Below the pieces are notes generated by a model. It was not told the DNA's origin. It did not search any database and saw only the letters and a program-made list of their open reading frames with translations. Position numbers and translations under genes: made by a program. Positions 19,964 through 29,278 of a stretch of 64,000 nt of DNA are shown here, in pieces. Numbering within the stretch: position 1 is the first letter of the stretch; each line of letters opens with the position of its first letter. Origin of the DNA: a virus. The stretch spans positions 22,866-86,865 of IMG/VR virus record IMGVR_UViG_3300020420_001038; one strand, given 5' to 3'.

Positions 19964-20323
19964 ATGAATATAGGCATCAGACCGTTGTGCGTTCAGTGTA
20001 AGGTTAAGCCAAGAGCCTACGGGTATAAGAAGGGCACCAAGATATATTGGCGTAGGTTATGTGATACATGCAACAGGAAGAAATCACATAAAAAAATAGG
20101 CGGTATTACGCCTTTGCAACGTTCTGGCTATAAAAAAAGGAATAAATGCGAGTTGTGTGGTTTCAAGGCACAAGACAGCATACAACTTGATGTGCTGTTT
20201 GTTGATGGGAATTTACGTAATACTAATGCTTCAAATCTTAAAACGGTTTGTGCCAATTGTCAAAGACTCAGTAGTGTTAGAAGACTTGGATGGCGTGTTG
20301 GTGATCTCCAAGCCGATGATTAG
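19964..20323 (+). CDS. Zn-finger / degenerate HNH-like protein
   Basis: Reads on the + strand (ATG AAT ATA GGC at 19964) although the track labels it minus; four CxxC pairs and DGNLRN...NL..VCANC. Confidence 0.75.
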   Translation: MNIGIRPLCVQCKVKPRAYGYKKGTKIYWRRLCDTCNRKKSHKKIGGITPLQRSGYKKRNKCELCGFKAQDSIQLDVLFVDGNLRNTNASNLKTVCANCQRLSSVRRLGWRVGDLQADD

Positions 20324-20872
20324 ATCATCTACTTTTTTGTATAATTCTTCCTTTGTTCCATCGTTGTCTATGATATAGTCAAATTTTGAATCTAACCAGT
20401 CCCACTCTGACTTATGGGCATTTTTTTCCTGCATTTCTTTTTGAGTAGGAAGGTCGCCTCTTTTTACACACACTATCTTTCCACCATGTGCTTTGATAAC
20501 TTTAATCTCATTAACAAATCTAGTATCAGATACAACAGTTTTTTCTCCCTTGTATCTCGATATCAAACTATCTATCCATATTGCATCATGCATATTGCCA
20601 CGCATTACTTCAGTACCAAAATACTGTAATACCCACCTAGGGGTCACTGGTTTGCCAAATTTTTCACTCCAAAAAGCATCGGGTTGTTCACGCCATTCTC
20701 TACTGACATCTGTGTTGCCTTCTAGTAATTCTCTATCCCAATTAAATATATTGGCAGTTGCGTCTTTTAGACTTTTGGCAAAAGAATCTCTTTTGAATCC
20801 ATGTTGTGCAACCAGTCTTTGAGCCACTGTGTCTTTACCAGACCCAATTAGTCCTACTATTCCTATTAACAT
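20231..20872 (-). CDS. deoxynucleoside monophosphate kinase (T4 gp1-like)
   Basis: GLIGSGKDT P-loop, SFAKSLKD, TPRWVLQYFGTE, SDTRFVNE, HKSE. Confidence 0.92.
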   Translation of the reverse strand: MLIGIVGLIGSGKDTVAQRLVAQHGFKRDSFAKSLKDATANIFNWDRELLEGNTDVSREWREQPDAFWSEKFGKPVTPRWVLQYFGTEVMRGNMHDAIWIDSLISRYKGEKTVVSDTRFVNEIKVIKAHGGKIVCVKRGDLPTQKEMQEKNAHKSEWDWLDSKFDYIIDNDGTKEELYKKVDDLIIGLEITNTPSKSSNTTESLTIGTNRFKI

Positions 20873-20878
20873 TAATTG

Positions 20879-20907
20879 ATTATACTACTTTTTTAGTCGT
20901 TTTTCAA
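20879..20907 (-). promoter_or_regulatory. sigma70-type promoter for dNMP kinase
   Basis: TTGAAA-17-TATAAT ending 6 nt before the ATG. Confidence 0.55.
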
Positions 20908-21067
20908 TGACTTTTTTTGCCTCTTTTACCGCACCAAGTATAGATCTTCTTATATCTAGTTTTTTATTTTTCAAGGCACTAATAGACATATTTTCTAAAT
21001 CGTTTACGATTTCTTCCAACTCGTCAATATTACATTCATGATATCTTTTATATCTTTTATCTTCCAT
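20885..21067 (-). CDS. small hypothetical protein
   Basis: 60 aa ORF with TAAATA 8 nt upstream. Confidence 0.6.
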   Translation of the reverse strand: MEDKRYKRYHECNIDELEEIVNDLENMSISALKNKKLDIRRSILGAVKEAKKVIEKRLKK

Positions 21068-21099
21068 GGTACTATTATTTAAAATGATTGTATTATGAA

Positions 21100-21861
21100 T
21101 TAACCAATAACAAAACTGTGTGGAGTGCCACCCTCGGCATAATTGCCAATTTCCATGTCTAATTTTTCCATCTCGGCAACACCTTGTGCTTGTAACTGTG
21201 CACCGTTCAATTGTGTTCCACCTTGTGGTCCAGCAATGGTGCCAAACTTTCCTCTAGCCTCACCTAGCATAGTTTTTGATACTGCAAGTGTGTAATCTCT
21301 GATCCATGGTTTTGCATACACATCTTTGAATAATGTTATATCTGGTCTAAAATTGTCAGTGTGCATCAACACAGTTTCTTGATCCGATCTTGGTCTTTGT
21401 GTGATTGTTAATTTTTTTGTAGCAACATCGTAATGGAATTGAATAAATGAACCAAACAATTTTCCTACCAATTCTTGATAACTTGCAAAAGCAAAATACG
21501 TTGCAAGTCCACCAGTCGCACCTGCTCTTAACAAGTAAGTGTTTGTGTATGCTAAATTGAATGGTTCAAATAATGTACCACCTTCTCCACCTTCAGTCCT
21601 GGAACCTACTGTTCTTCTGAATAATTTTCTTACGTTTATCACCTCATCTGGTAAAATATATGTGTTTTGATTTTCCTTTAATTGTAGGAAAGCATATGAT
21701 TCTTCTACTGCATTTGAACTACGTTGTCTGTAACGATCTATTGCTCTGGTCAGCGCCGTTTGATAGTGTTTAGGGTCTAATTCCACATCTATCATGCCCT
21801 CGCCTAGATTGTTTTTTACGTAATCAAATATTTCTTGTTGACCTGTTTGAAGTTCTGACAT
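21100..21861 (-). CDS. neck protein / head-tail adaptor (gp13-like)
   Basis: LGEGMIDVELD, WIRDYTLA..K.MLGEARGKF..IAGPQGG..LNG; start trimmed to MSELQ at 21861. Confidence 0.85.
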   Translation of the reverse strand: MSELQTGQQEIFDYVKNNLGEGMIDVELDPKHYQTALTRAIDRYRQRSSNAVEESYAFLQLKENQNTYILPDEVINVRKLFRRTVGSRTEGGEGGTLFEPFNLAYTNTYLLRAGATGGLATYFAFASYQELVGKLFGSFIQFHYDVATKKLTITQRPRSDQETVLMHTDNFRPDITLFKDVYAKPWIRDYTLAVSKTMLGEARGKFGTIAGPQGGTQLNGAQLQAQGVAEMEKLDMEIGNYAEGGTPHSFVIG

Positions 21862-21904
21862 ACTGATATTTATTACCTTTACCTGTGCAATAAATATGTA
21901 TGAT

Positions 21905-23071
21905 ATGCCAAGATTATCCATTTTTAAGCCAGAAAAAGGCAATGACTACAAATTCTTCGATCGCAACATCAGAGAGATGTTCACTGTGGGTGGAACGGAC
22001 CTACATTTTCACAAATATTTAGGACCTTACGATCAGGGCGATACAAACAAGGACGGTGAAGCATCACCAACAGAACCACAATATTCAGGCGACACATTAA
22101 ACGAAAAAACAATACAAGATCTATTATTTTTAGAAAACAGAGATAGAAAATATGCTCCGGACATTTATACTGTGCGTGGAATTTATAATGTTCAAGATAT
22201 AGATTTTAACTTATCTCAATTTGGTATGTTTTTAGCAAATGACACATTATTTTTGACTGTGCATTTGAATGATATTGTTGAAAGAATTGGAAGGAAACCA
22301 ATGGCCGGAGACGTTTTAGAATTTCCGCACCTGAAAGAAGACTATTCCTTAGATGAATCTATACCAATCGCACTCAAAAGATATTATGTTGTGGAGGATG
22401 TAAACAGAGCCGCGGAAGGATTTTCACAAACCTGGTGGCCACACCTATTAAGATTGAAATTAAAATCAATGGTTGACTCTCAGGAGTTCAGAGATATCAT
22501 AGGTGACGCAACAACAGAAGGTTCGTTAGCAAGTTACATGTCAACTTTCAACAGAGAAAAAACAATAAGTGACCAAGTTTTAAAACAAGCAGAAGCAGAT
22601 GCACCAAAATCAGGATTCAATTTCAAACAATATTATGTTGCACCGATTGATGAGAGAGGAAATATACGAACTAATAATGTTAATACTACAGATAGAATAA
22701 GTTCAGACAAAACAATTAATGCAACCATCGATACTCCTGCAAGTTCTCATTATGGATTTTATGTAGGCGGAGATGGTGTGGCACCAAATGGACATCCTGC
22801 TGGTTTTGGAATATCATTTCCAACTGCAAATATAGACAAGGGTGATTATTTCCTAAGGACTGATTATTTGCCGAACAGACTTTTTAGATATGATGGGAAT
22901 AGATGGATTAAAATTGAAGATTCTGTGCGTGTCACTATGTCAAATACAGACACAAGAGCAACATACAAAACCGGATTTGTTAACAATACTTCGTCAGATA
23001 CGATAAATGGTTTAACAGTAGAACAGAGACAATCGCTTACAAAAGCATTGAAACCAAAGGCTGACAATTAA
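21905..23071 (+). CDS. neck / head-closure protein (gp14-like)
   Basis: DFNLSQFGMFL, RKPMAGDVLEFPH; between gp13-like and gp15-like genes. Start MPRLS at 21905. Confidence 0.7.
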   Translation: MPRLSIFKPEKGNDYKFFDRNIREMFTVGGTDLHFHKYLGPYDQGDTNKDGEASPTEPQYSGDTLNEKTIQDLLFLENRDRKYAPDIYTVRGIYNVQDIDFNLSQFGMFLANDTLFLTVHLNDIVERIGRKPMAGDVLEFPHLKEDYSLDESIPIALKRYYVVEDVNRAAEGFSQTWWPHLLRLKLKSMVDSQEFRDIIGDATTEGSLASYMSTFNREKTISDQVLKQAEADAPKSGFNFKQYYVAPIDERGNIRTNNVNTTDRISSDKTINATIDTPASSHYGFYVGGDGVAPNGHPAGFGISFPTANIDKGDYFLRTDYLPNRLFRYDGNRWIKIEDSVRVTMSNTDTRATYKTGFVNNTSSDTINGLTVEQRQSLTKALKPKADN

Positions 23072-24516
23072 TGTTACATTTTTACGACGGACAGGTTAGA
23101 AAATTTTTGACCCAATTCATGAGAATTTTGGGCAATTTTTCTATAGAAACAGGAAAAGCAAAAGACGACACTGTGAATCTAAGAGCAGTTCCAGTTGTGT
23201 ATGGTGATCCAACCAGACAGGTAGCGAATATCATTAGAAACAATTCGGAAAATGCAATGAATTACACACCGAGAATTGCTTGTTACGTTAGAGAACTGAA
23301 CTATGATAGAGAAAGAATGCAAAATCCTTATCATATTGAAAAGCAACATCTCAAAGAAAGAGACACAGATTCAGACGGAAACTACACAGACAAGTTAGGA
23401 GCAGGATACACAGTTGAAAAAGTTATGCCATCTCCTTTTAGATTAGAAGTTACGGCAGATATTTGGACATCTAACACCGATCAAAAATTACAATTATTGG
23501 AACAAATTTTGTATCTATTCAATCCAGATTTTGAAATACAAAAATCTGACAATTTTTTAGACTGGACAAGTCTAAGTTACGTTGAACTTACTGGAATAAC
23601 ATTCAGTTCAAGAACAATTCCTGTGGGTGCCGATACCGAAATTGATATTGCAACAATGACTTTCAGTATGCCAATATGGTTATCACCGCCTATAAAAGTT
23701 AAAAAATTAGGAGTTGTACAAAAAATTATAATGAGTGTGTATGACGATGACGGCGGAATAACAAAAGGATTGATAGATGGCACATTATTGACGAGAAGTT
23801 TTGTTACCCCAAATAATTTTGGATTATTAGTAACAGGCAATCAACTTAGATTACTTGGTACAACAGGAGTAAATGTAAGTTCGGGTGGAGACGGATTTTA
23901 TACAGGGGCAAAAGAACCTTCAAATTTTGACCCATTTGAAACTTTTGGTCCTCCTGTTAACTGGAAAACATTGATAAATCAATACGGCAAAGTCACAAAC
24001 GGCACATCGCAGATTAGGTTGAAGCAACCAAACGGAAATGAAATTGTCGGAACCATATCCACATCACCTTTAGAAGATACGATTTTACTGTATAACATTG
24101 ATTCAGATACTATACCGGCAAATACTCTTGTGAATGTTAAAAAAATTATAAATCCATCAACATTTGCACCGACTAATCCGCAAAATGGAGATAGATATTT
24201 GATAATTGACGAAATAGGTGATTCCACAGCAACAGTATCCAACCCAACATGGGGCACTTTGGTGGCTAGTGTTGGCGATATAATACAATACAATTCGGCT
24301 TCAAGTATATGGCAAAAAGTATTTGATGCAAGTCATCCAGACTCAACTCAACATTACGTAACGAATACTCATACAGGTATTCAATACAGGTTTAATGGCA
24401 TTGAATGGGTTAAATCATACGAAGGTGTGTACACTGCTGGTAAATGGAGCATTGTTTTAGATGGCGGATATACAGCAAATGATGATGCTTCTGGACAAGA
24501 CGCAACTACTCCTTGA
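23071..24516 (+). CDS. tail sheath stabiliser / tail terminator (gp15-like) with C-terminal extension
   Basis: HFYDGQVRKFLTQF, VPVVYG, P.PFRL...DIW, LEQILYLFNP. Confidence 0.8.
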   Translation: MLHFYDGQVRKFLTQFMRILGNFSIETGKAKDDTVNLRAVPVVYGDPTRQVANIIRNNSENAMNYTPRIACYVRELNYDRERMQNPYHIEKQHLKERDTDSDGNYTDKLGAGYTVEKVMPSPFRLEVTADIWTSNTDQKLQLLEQILYLFNPDFEIQKSDNFLDWTSLSYVELTGITFSSRTIPVGADTEIDIATMTFSMPIWLSPPIKVKKLGVVQKIIMSVYDDDGGITKGLIDGTLLTRSFVTPNNFGLLVTGNQLRLLGTTGVNVSSGGDGFYTGAKEPSNFDPFETFGPPVNWKTLINQYGKVTNGTSQIRLKQPNGNEIVGTISTSPLEDTILLYNIDSDTIPANTLVNVKKIINPSTFAPTNPQNGDRYLIIDEIGDSTATVSNPTWGTLVASVGDIIQYNSASSIWQKVFDASHPDSTQHYVTNTHTGIQYRFNGIEWVKSYEGVYTAGKWSIVLDGGYTANDDASGQDATTP

Positions 24517-24541
24517 TAATTTGCAATTAAATTGTTATAAT
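24513..24541 (+). promoter_or_regulatory. sigma70-type promoter for the NUDIX gene
   Basis: TTGATA-17-TATAAT ending 5 nt before ATG 24547. Confidence 0.55.
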
Positions 24542-24546
24542 AGTTT

Positions 24547-24975
24547 ATGAAAGATAATATAATTTGTTCGGGTGCGTTGTTTTATTCAACCTCTACCAAA
24601 CGTTTCTTGTTCCTACAAAGGACAGATAAAAAAACACAAGGCACATGGGGATTGGTAGGCGGACTTGCACGTAGTACGGAATCTGCATTCGAAGGATTAA
24701 AAAGGGAAATAGAGGAGGAAGTAGGTGATACTCCAAAGTTCAAAAAAGTTATTCCGTTAGAGATGTTCACATCCAATGATCAAAAATTTTATTTTCACAC
24801 ATATTTGATAGCAATCGATTCAGAATTCATACCAAAACTTAACGAGGAACATTCGGGATATTGTTGGACAGCCTTCGAATGCTGGCCAAAAAATCTACAT
24901 GGTGGATTAAGGAATACACTTAATAATAAAAGTATAAAAGGTAAGTTGCAGACTATATTAGATTTGATAGTTTAA
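24547..24975 (+). CDS. NUDIX hydrolase
   Basis: WGLVGG...ESAFEGLKREIEEEVG Nudix box, LNEEHSGYCW. Confidence 0.9.
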   Translation: MKDNIICSGALFYSTSTKRFLFLQRTDKKTQGTWGLVGGLARSTESAFEGLKREIEEEVGDTPKFKKVIPLEMFTSNDQKFYFHTYLIAIDSEFIPKLNEEHSGYCWTAFECWPKNLHGGLRNTLNNKSIKGKLQTILDLIV

Positions 24976-27900
24976 TCGTTTTTAATATATTTTTTACCCG
25001 TAAGTTTTTCAATATCTCTAATCATTTCTTCCATGTTGACCCTTACAGTTTTGCCTGTTTTTGTATTTCTTGAGAAGTATTCCCATTCGCCTTGTTCGTT
25101 GTGCGGAGATATCTTAGTAACGTTACCTGCTTCATCACGCACAAAAACTTCTGCACTTGATGATTCATCCTTGGCGTAGATGTGTGCGATATTGGCGGTT
25201 GTAGATGGATCACTTGCTAATACACCCAGTTCAACGTGTCCTGTAACTCTTAAACTGGTGTCATTCAATAACTGTAAACTGTCTGATCTAAATCTACCTG
25301 AAATGTTGTTTGATCCATTTTTTAAGAATGCAAATTCTAATATACCGTCCTCAGATCCGTCACTTGCATCTAAAATCTTACCTGTAATTTTTGCATAGTT
25401 AATTTCTTGATCGTTGTCATTTTCGCCTTTGAATTTTATCTGTCCTAAGTAGTCAGCATCTGCTGGACTAGAACTATTTCTCTTCAATGATATTACCGGT
25501 CCTGCTGTGCTTGAATCTTCTGTTGTGGTAATTGTTAATGAATCATCTGTTGTTGTATTTGTTATTGTCTGGCTTCCCAATACCGCTACCGCACCTGTTC
25601 CTTGAGGGTCAAGAGTGATGTTTGCATTAGAAGCCGGTGATTGGATCGTATCAGTTAACACACCTGCTGTGAATGTTTTTTGTCCTGAGATTGTTTGATT
25701 GTTACTTGTTAAAACAGATAATGAAGTTGATGCACCCGCCGGGTTACGTAGCAACTGGACTCTAAATCCATTTACAGTTGTTGATCCACCGCTGGTGCTC
25801 GATGCACTTAAAGATACAGTTGAGCCACTTAAAGATGCTGTAAATTCTAGTTGGTCAGTTCCTTTAGTTGATACTTGTGGTGCAGTTGTTACATATGCGT
25901 CAGTTCCATCTGTGACAACAAATACCTCACTTATCGATGCGGCGGATTCTGAACTGTTGTTACCGACTACAACATAGTGGGCACCATTGAAAGAATCTGT
26001 ACTGAACGTATCAACCTCTGTTGCCGAACTTGACACAGTGACCTGGCCGATAGTTTTTGTGTTGTCACTGGTTGCATCTGATTCTGAATCACCTAATAGT
26101 ACTCTATACATTTTGACTGCGGTGTTTGGTTCATTTCCTGATGCCCTCAGTCTCACAGAACCACTATCTATGTCTGCTGATAAAGATATCAAAGCATTAC
26201 TTCCTGTGAAAATGTCATTGAACACTGTGATAAATGCATCTGTACCGTTGTGTACAACCAAGCATTCTATATTGTTTAATTCTGTTTTTGTTGAATTGTT
26301 TGCACTGATGTAATATTTTGCACCTCTGTATGATGATGCCGACCATGTATCAAGATTTTCAGTAGCACTGTCTACATCTGTGTTGATAATTGTTGCGGTG
26401 TTTCCTGAACTGGACGCTGATGTATTGTCACCAAGACCTATTCTGAAAAACTTGACAGAGTTTACGTCTGCTGTACCTGTACCTCTTAATCTGACCGTTG
26501 AGCCAGATATGTCTGCATCGAAAGCCACTTGAGTATTTGATCCTGACCTTACTATACCACCTGTACTAGTAAAAGCATCTGTGTCGTTGTGTACTAAACT
26601 GACTGTCTGTGTAGCAATTTCGTCATTGATTTCATCTCTGGTTACCATCTGATAGAATGCACTATCAAAAGATGTTTTGTCAAACGTGTCTACGTTCACT
26701 GCTGTTGTAGAAATACTCGTTGCTTCGCCTGTTGTAGTACCACTTGCTTCAGTTGCCGTTGCCGTTTTGGCAATGTTTACCCAACCCGATGTGTCATATC
26801 TTTCATAACTGTCGGTCGAGGTGTTGTAACGTATCATACCTGTTGCGTTTAATGACGGTCTCTGTGCTGTTGTGCCTTTTGGAATTGTTAATGCACCCGG
26901 TTCTAATTTCAAATTGTTGTGTGTGATATATAAATCATCGGATGTTTGCCCGTTTGCCCTGTAAATGTTATTGGCTTCAAAAGACAATCTTGCAAAAAAT
27001 ATTTTTGTGTTTGGATTACAACTTGCTCTTAATCTTGCTTTGCCGCCGGACACATCTGCTGAAAATGTTGCCAATGTGTTGTTTGCCGAAAGTACAAAAC
27101 TTTCAGAAATTGTTGCATCTGTGCCTGCACTATTCACAGTCATTGTAATTTCTGAGTTTTGATATTCAGATCCCGATTCCATTGTTATGAAATATCTTGC
27201 TGTTTTAAATTTGAACACGTCAAAACTGTCTACTGTTTCAACAGCACTGTCTATGTCTTTTTTGATTCCGTAATGGAAGTTATCAAACTCTCCTAATTTG
27301 GTTTTAGTTCCTAAATCCTGTCTGTATAATACTGCTGTACCTGTTGTGTTTCCTCCAGACAGAGAACTTAATGTTACTGTCTGTCCTGATATTGTGCCTG
27401 TAAAACTATGTAACGGTGTACCTCTGCTTGACACCATTGCGTAATCATCATGATACACTGTTGTTCCGTCATGTACTAAACTTTTTTCAGATATTTGATA
27501 ATCTCCTGATGTATCATCTTTGATTAGGATGACATATTTTGCTCCTCGTATATCTGTTTTTGTAAATTGATCTAATGTTGTAGCAGTTGATCCAATGTTT
27601 GTAGATGTTGCAATTATTTTTGAGTTTGTGTTTGCAACAGTTTCGTGATGATCTCCCAATGCTATTCTATAAAATCGTAGGTTTGTATGAGTAGAAGTAT
27701 TAGTCGCCGCGGATAATTGCACAACATCTCCGGATATTGCGACAGTGAAGTCTACTATTCTCGTTGAGTCTTCGTTGACATTGTATACTGAGATATATGG
27801 TGTAGTATCATCATGGATAATTGAAACTTTTAAGTGTCCAACAAAATTGTTTGTTTGGTCTTCCACTGCAACATCGTATATTGCACCTCTAAATTCTTTG

Positions 27901-28802
27901 ATATCAAATTCATCAACAACTGCTGATGTTGTATCTAGTTTGTAATAATTGAATTGTTTTACCGCTGTGTTGTTACCGCCACCTCCGCCACCAGATTCTG
28001 CAAATGATAATGCACCCGAACCGTCTGTTTGTAACACTTGTCCGTTACTGCCATCTGCTGTTGGCAATGAGTACGCACCACTTATGGTTACAACTCCTGC
28101 TGACGATACTGCAAATTTTTCACTGGCGCCATTGGCATAGTGACTGGTAGCACTAGGTTTAGTCCCGCCACCTGCATCACCTCCAACACTTACAGTAAAG
28201 CCACCGGATGCTGTGCCAAATTTTATTGAACCGTTGGTGTCAGACATCACCATGCTGTTGTTTGCGTCAGTGCTGTGTATGTATAGAGGTATGTCCGAAG
28301 CGGTGTTTATTGTTAATGTGTTGAGAGCAGTGTAACTGGCATCCGCGGTTCCTATACCAATGATACCACCCTCACTCATGTCAATTGTAACTGGTGATAT
28401 TTCAGTACCACCATCGTTGCCTCTGAATATTAGATCTTTATCTGATACGTTTGCTTTGACAACAAAATTATCATTGTCGTTTGTTAGGTAACCAAATTGT
28501 GTGCCGCCACCTTTTTTAAGTATAATATCACCTCCAGCCGCATCTAAGAAAATATCGGCTGAATCATTTATATAAAAGTTTGTTGAAGTAACTAGGTTTG
28601 TTTCTAGGCCAGTTGATGCCGCTAGTGTTACTGCTGTGGCCGTTCCTGCCACTTGTAATTCTGTTGAAGGTTCTGAAGTACCAATTCCTACTCGTGAGTT
28701 TGTGACATCGAGGTACAGTAGGTTTGTTTCAAATGCAAGGTCGACGCCATTCCTAGTCAGATTGGACTTTAATACCGACCCTGTTATACGACCTATGGCC
28801 AT
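24972..28802 (-). CDS. large modular virion/tail-fibre protein
   Basis: 1276 aa, S/T/G-rich; RVGIGT repeats, about six tandem D.F...(F/Y)R.AKY beta modules, PKGTTAQRP module. Confidence 0.8.
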   Translation of the reverse strand: MAIGRITGSVLKSNLTRNGVDLAFETNLLYLDVTNSRVGIGTSEPSTELQVAGTATAVTLAASTGLETNLVTSTNFYINDSADIFLDAAGGDIILKKGGGTQFGYLTNDNDNFVVKANVSDKDLIFRGNDGGTEISPVTIDMSEGGIIGIGTADASYTALNTLTINTASDIPLYIHSTDANNSMVMSDTNGSIKFGTASGGFTVSVGGDAGGGTKPSATSHYANGASEKFAVSSAGVVTISGAYSLPTADGSNGQVLQTDGSGALSFAESGGGGGGNNTAVKQFNYYKLDTTSAVVDEFDIKEFRGAIYDVAVEDQTNNFVGHLKVSIIHDDTTPYISVYNVNEDSTRIVDFTVAISGDVVQLSAATNTSTHTNLRFYRIALGDHHETVANTNSKIIATSTNIGSTATTLDQFTKTDIRGAKYVILIKDDTSGDYQISEKSLVHDGTTVYHDDYAMVSSRGTPLHSFTGTISGQTVTLSSLSGGNTTGTAVLYRQDLGTKTKLGEFDNFHYGIKKDIDSAVETVDSFDVFKFKTARYFITMESGSEYQNSEITMTVNSAGTDATISESFVLSANNTLATFSADVSGGKARLRASCNPNTKIFFARLSFEANNIYRANGQTSDDLYITHNNLKLEPGALTIPKGTTAQRPSLNATGMIRYNTSTDSYERYDTSGWVNIAKTATATEASGTTTGEATSISTTAVNVDTFDKTSFDSAFYQMVTRDEINDEIATQTVSLVHNDTDAFTSTGGIVRSGSNTQVAFDADISGSTVRLRGTGTADVNSVKFFRIGLGDNTSASSSGNTATIINTDVDSATENLDTWSASSYRGAKYYISANNSTKTELNNIECLVVHNGTDAFITVFNDIFTGSNALISLSADIDSGSVRLRASGNEPNTAVKMYRVLLGDSESDATSDNTKTIGQVTVSSSATEVDTFSTDSFNGAHYVVVGNNSSESAASISEVFVVTDGTDAYVTTAPQVSTKGTDQLEFTASLSGSTVSLSASSTSGGSTTVNGFRVQLLRNPAGASTSLSVLTSNNQTISGQKTFTAGVLTDTIQSPASNANITLDPQGTGAVAVLGSQTITNTTTDDSLTITTTEDSSTAGPVISLKRNSSSPADADYLGQIKFKGENDNDQEINYAKITGKILDASDGSEDGILEFAFLKNGSNNISGRFRSDSLQLLNDTSLRVTGHVELGVLASDPSTTANIAHIYAKDESSSAEVFVRDEAGNVTKISPHNEQGEWEYFSRNTKTGKTVRVNMEEMIRDIEKLTGKKYIKND

Positions 28803-28904
28803 ACTTGGGTACTCCTTATAATAATGTTAGTACAGCAATACACCGTACACAGCCTGATATCATTGCCGGCTGACCACAGTAATAGTATTTATCGGCTGTT
28901 TGCT

Positions 28905-29141
28905 TTAGGCTCCTATTACAAGGAAATGGCACCATCTGGGTGGCAACCATTGCAATAGCCATGCTCTATTCCTGTATAATGGGTATAGGTGTTCCAGACT
29001 TATTTGGTCCAAGTTTTTAAATTGTACTCTAAAATATGGATAATCACAAGAAGTGAATATTAGGTCATAATCATCTTGTGTGCCTTTGTACACTCTAATT
29101 TGTAGGTGACGATACCTTTTACTCTTGATTAATTTTTTCAC
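28905..29141 (-). CDS. small basic hypothetical protein downstream of the glutamine riboswitch
   Basis: ORF 28905..29156; likely start is GTG at 29141 after a GAGGGAG SD. Confidence 0.6.
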   Translation of the reverse strand: MKKLIKSKRYRHLQIRVYKGTQDDYDLIFTSCDYPYFRVQFKNLDQISLEHLYPLYRNRAWLLQWLPPRWCHFLVIGA

Positions 29142-29159
29142 GCACTTCTCCCTCAAAGT

Positions 29160-29202
29160 GCGTTCCTTCGGTTTCCCTACTTCCGTCCTATTGGATGAAC
29201 GT
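29160..29202 (-). promoter_or_regulatory. glnA-type glutamine riboswitch (glutamine-I)
   Basis: Minus strand ACGUUCAUCCAAUAGGACGGAAGUAGGGAAACCGAAGGAACGC: P1 CGUUC/GAACG, P2 UCC/GGA, GGAAGUA and GAAG E-loop strands, P3 GG-GAAA-CC. Confidence 0.8.
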
Positions 29203-29207
29203 AAAAA

Positions 29208-29215
29208 TATTTATA
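29208..29215 (-). promoter_or_regulatory. T4-type late promoter
   Basis: Perfect TATAAATA 5 nt upstream of the riboswitch; gp55-like sigma is encoded in this window. Confidence 0.75.
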
Positions 29216-29223
29216 AAAGTCAC

Positions 29224-29253
29224 AAAAAAAGGGCGACATAAAGCCGCCCTTTT
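29224..29253 (-). terminator. intrinsic terminator
   Basis: AAAAGGGCG...CGCCCTTTT hairpin with A/T tracts on both sides, downstream of 29279..30292. Confidence 0.8.
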
Positions 29254-29278
29254 GTCTACTAAAAAGTATGAATATTTA

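Noticed and set aside
19964-20323. Minus-strand label in the ORF track
   Set aside because: The listed protein is encoded by the + strand, with ATG at 19964
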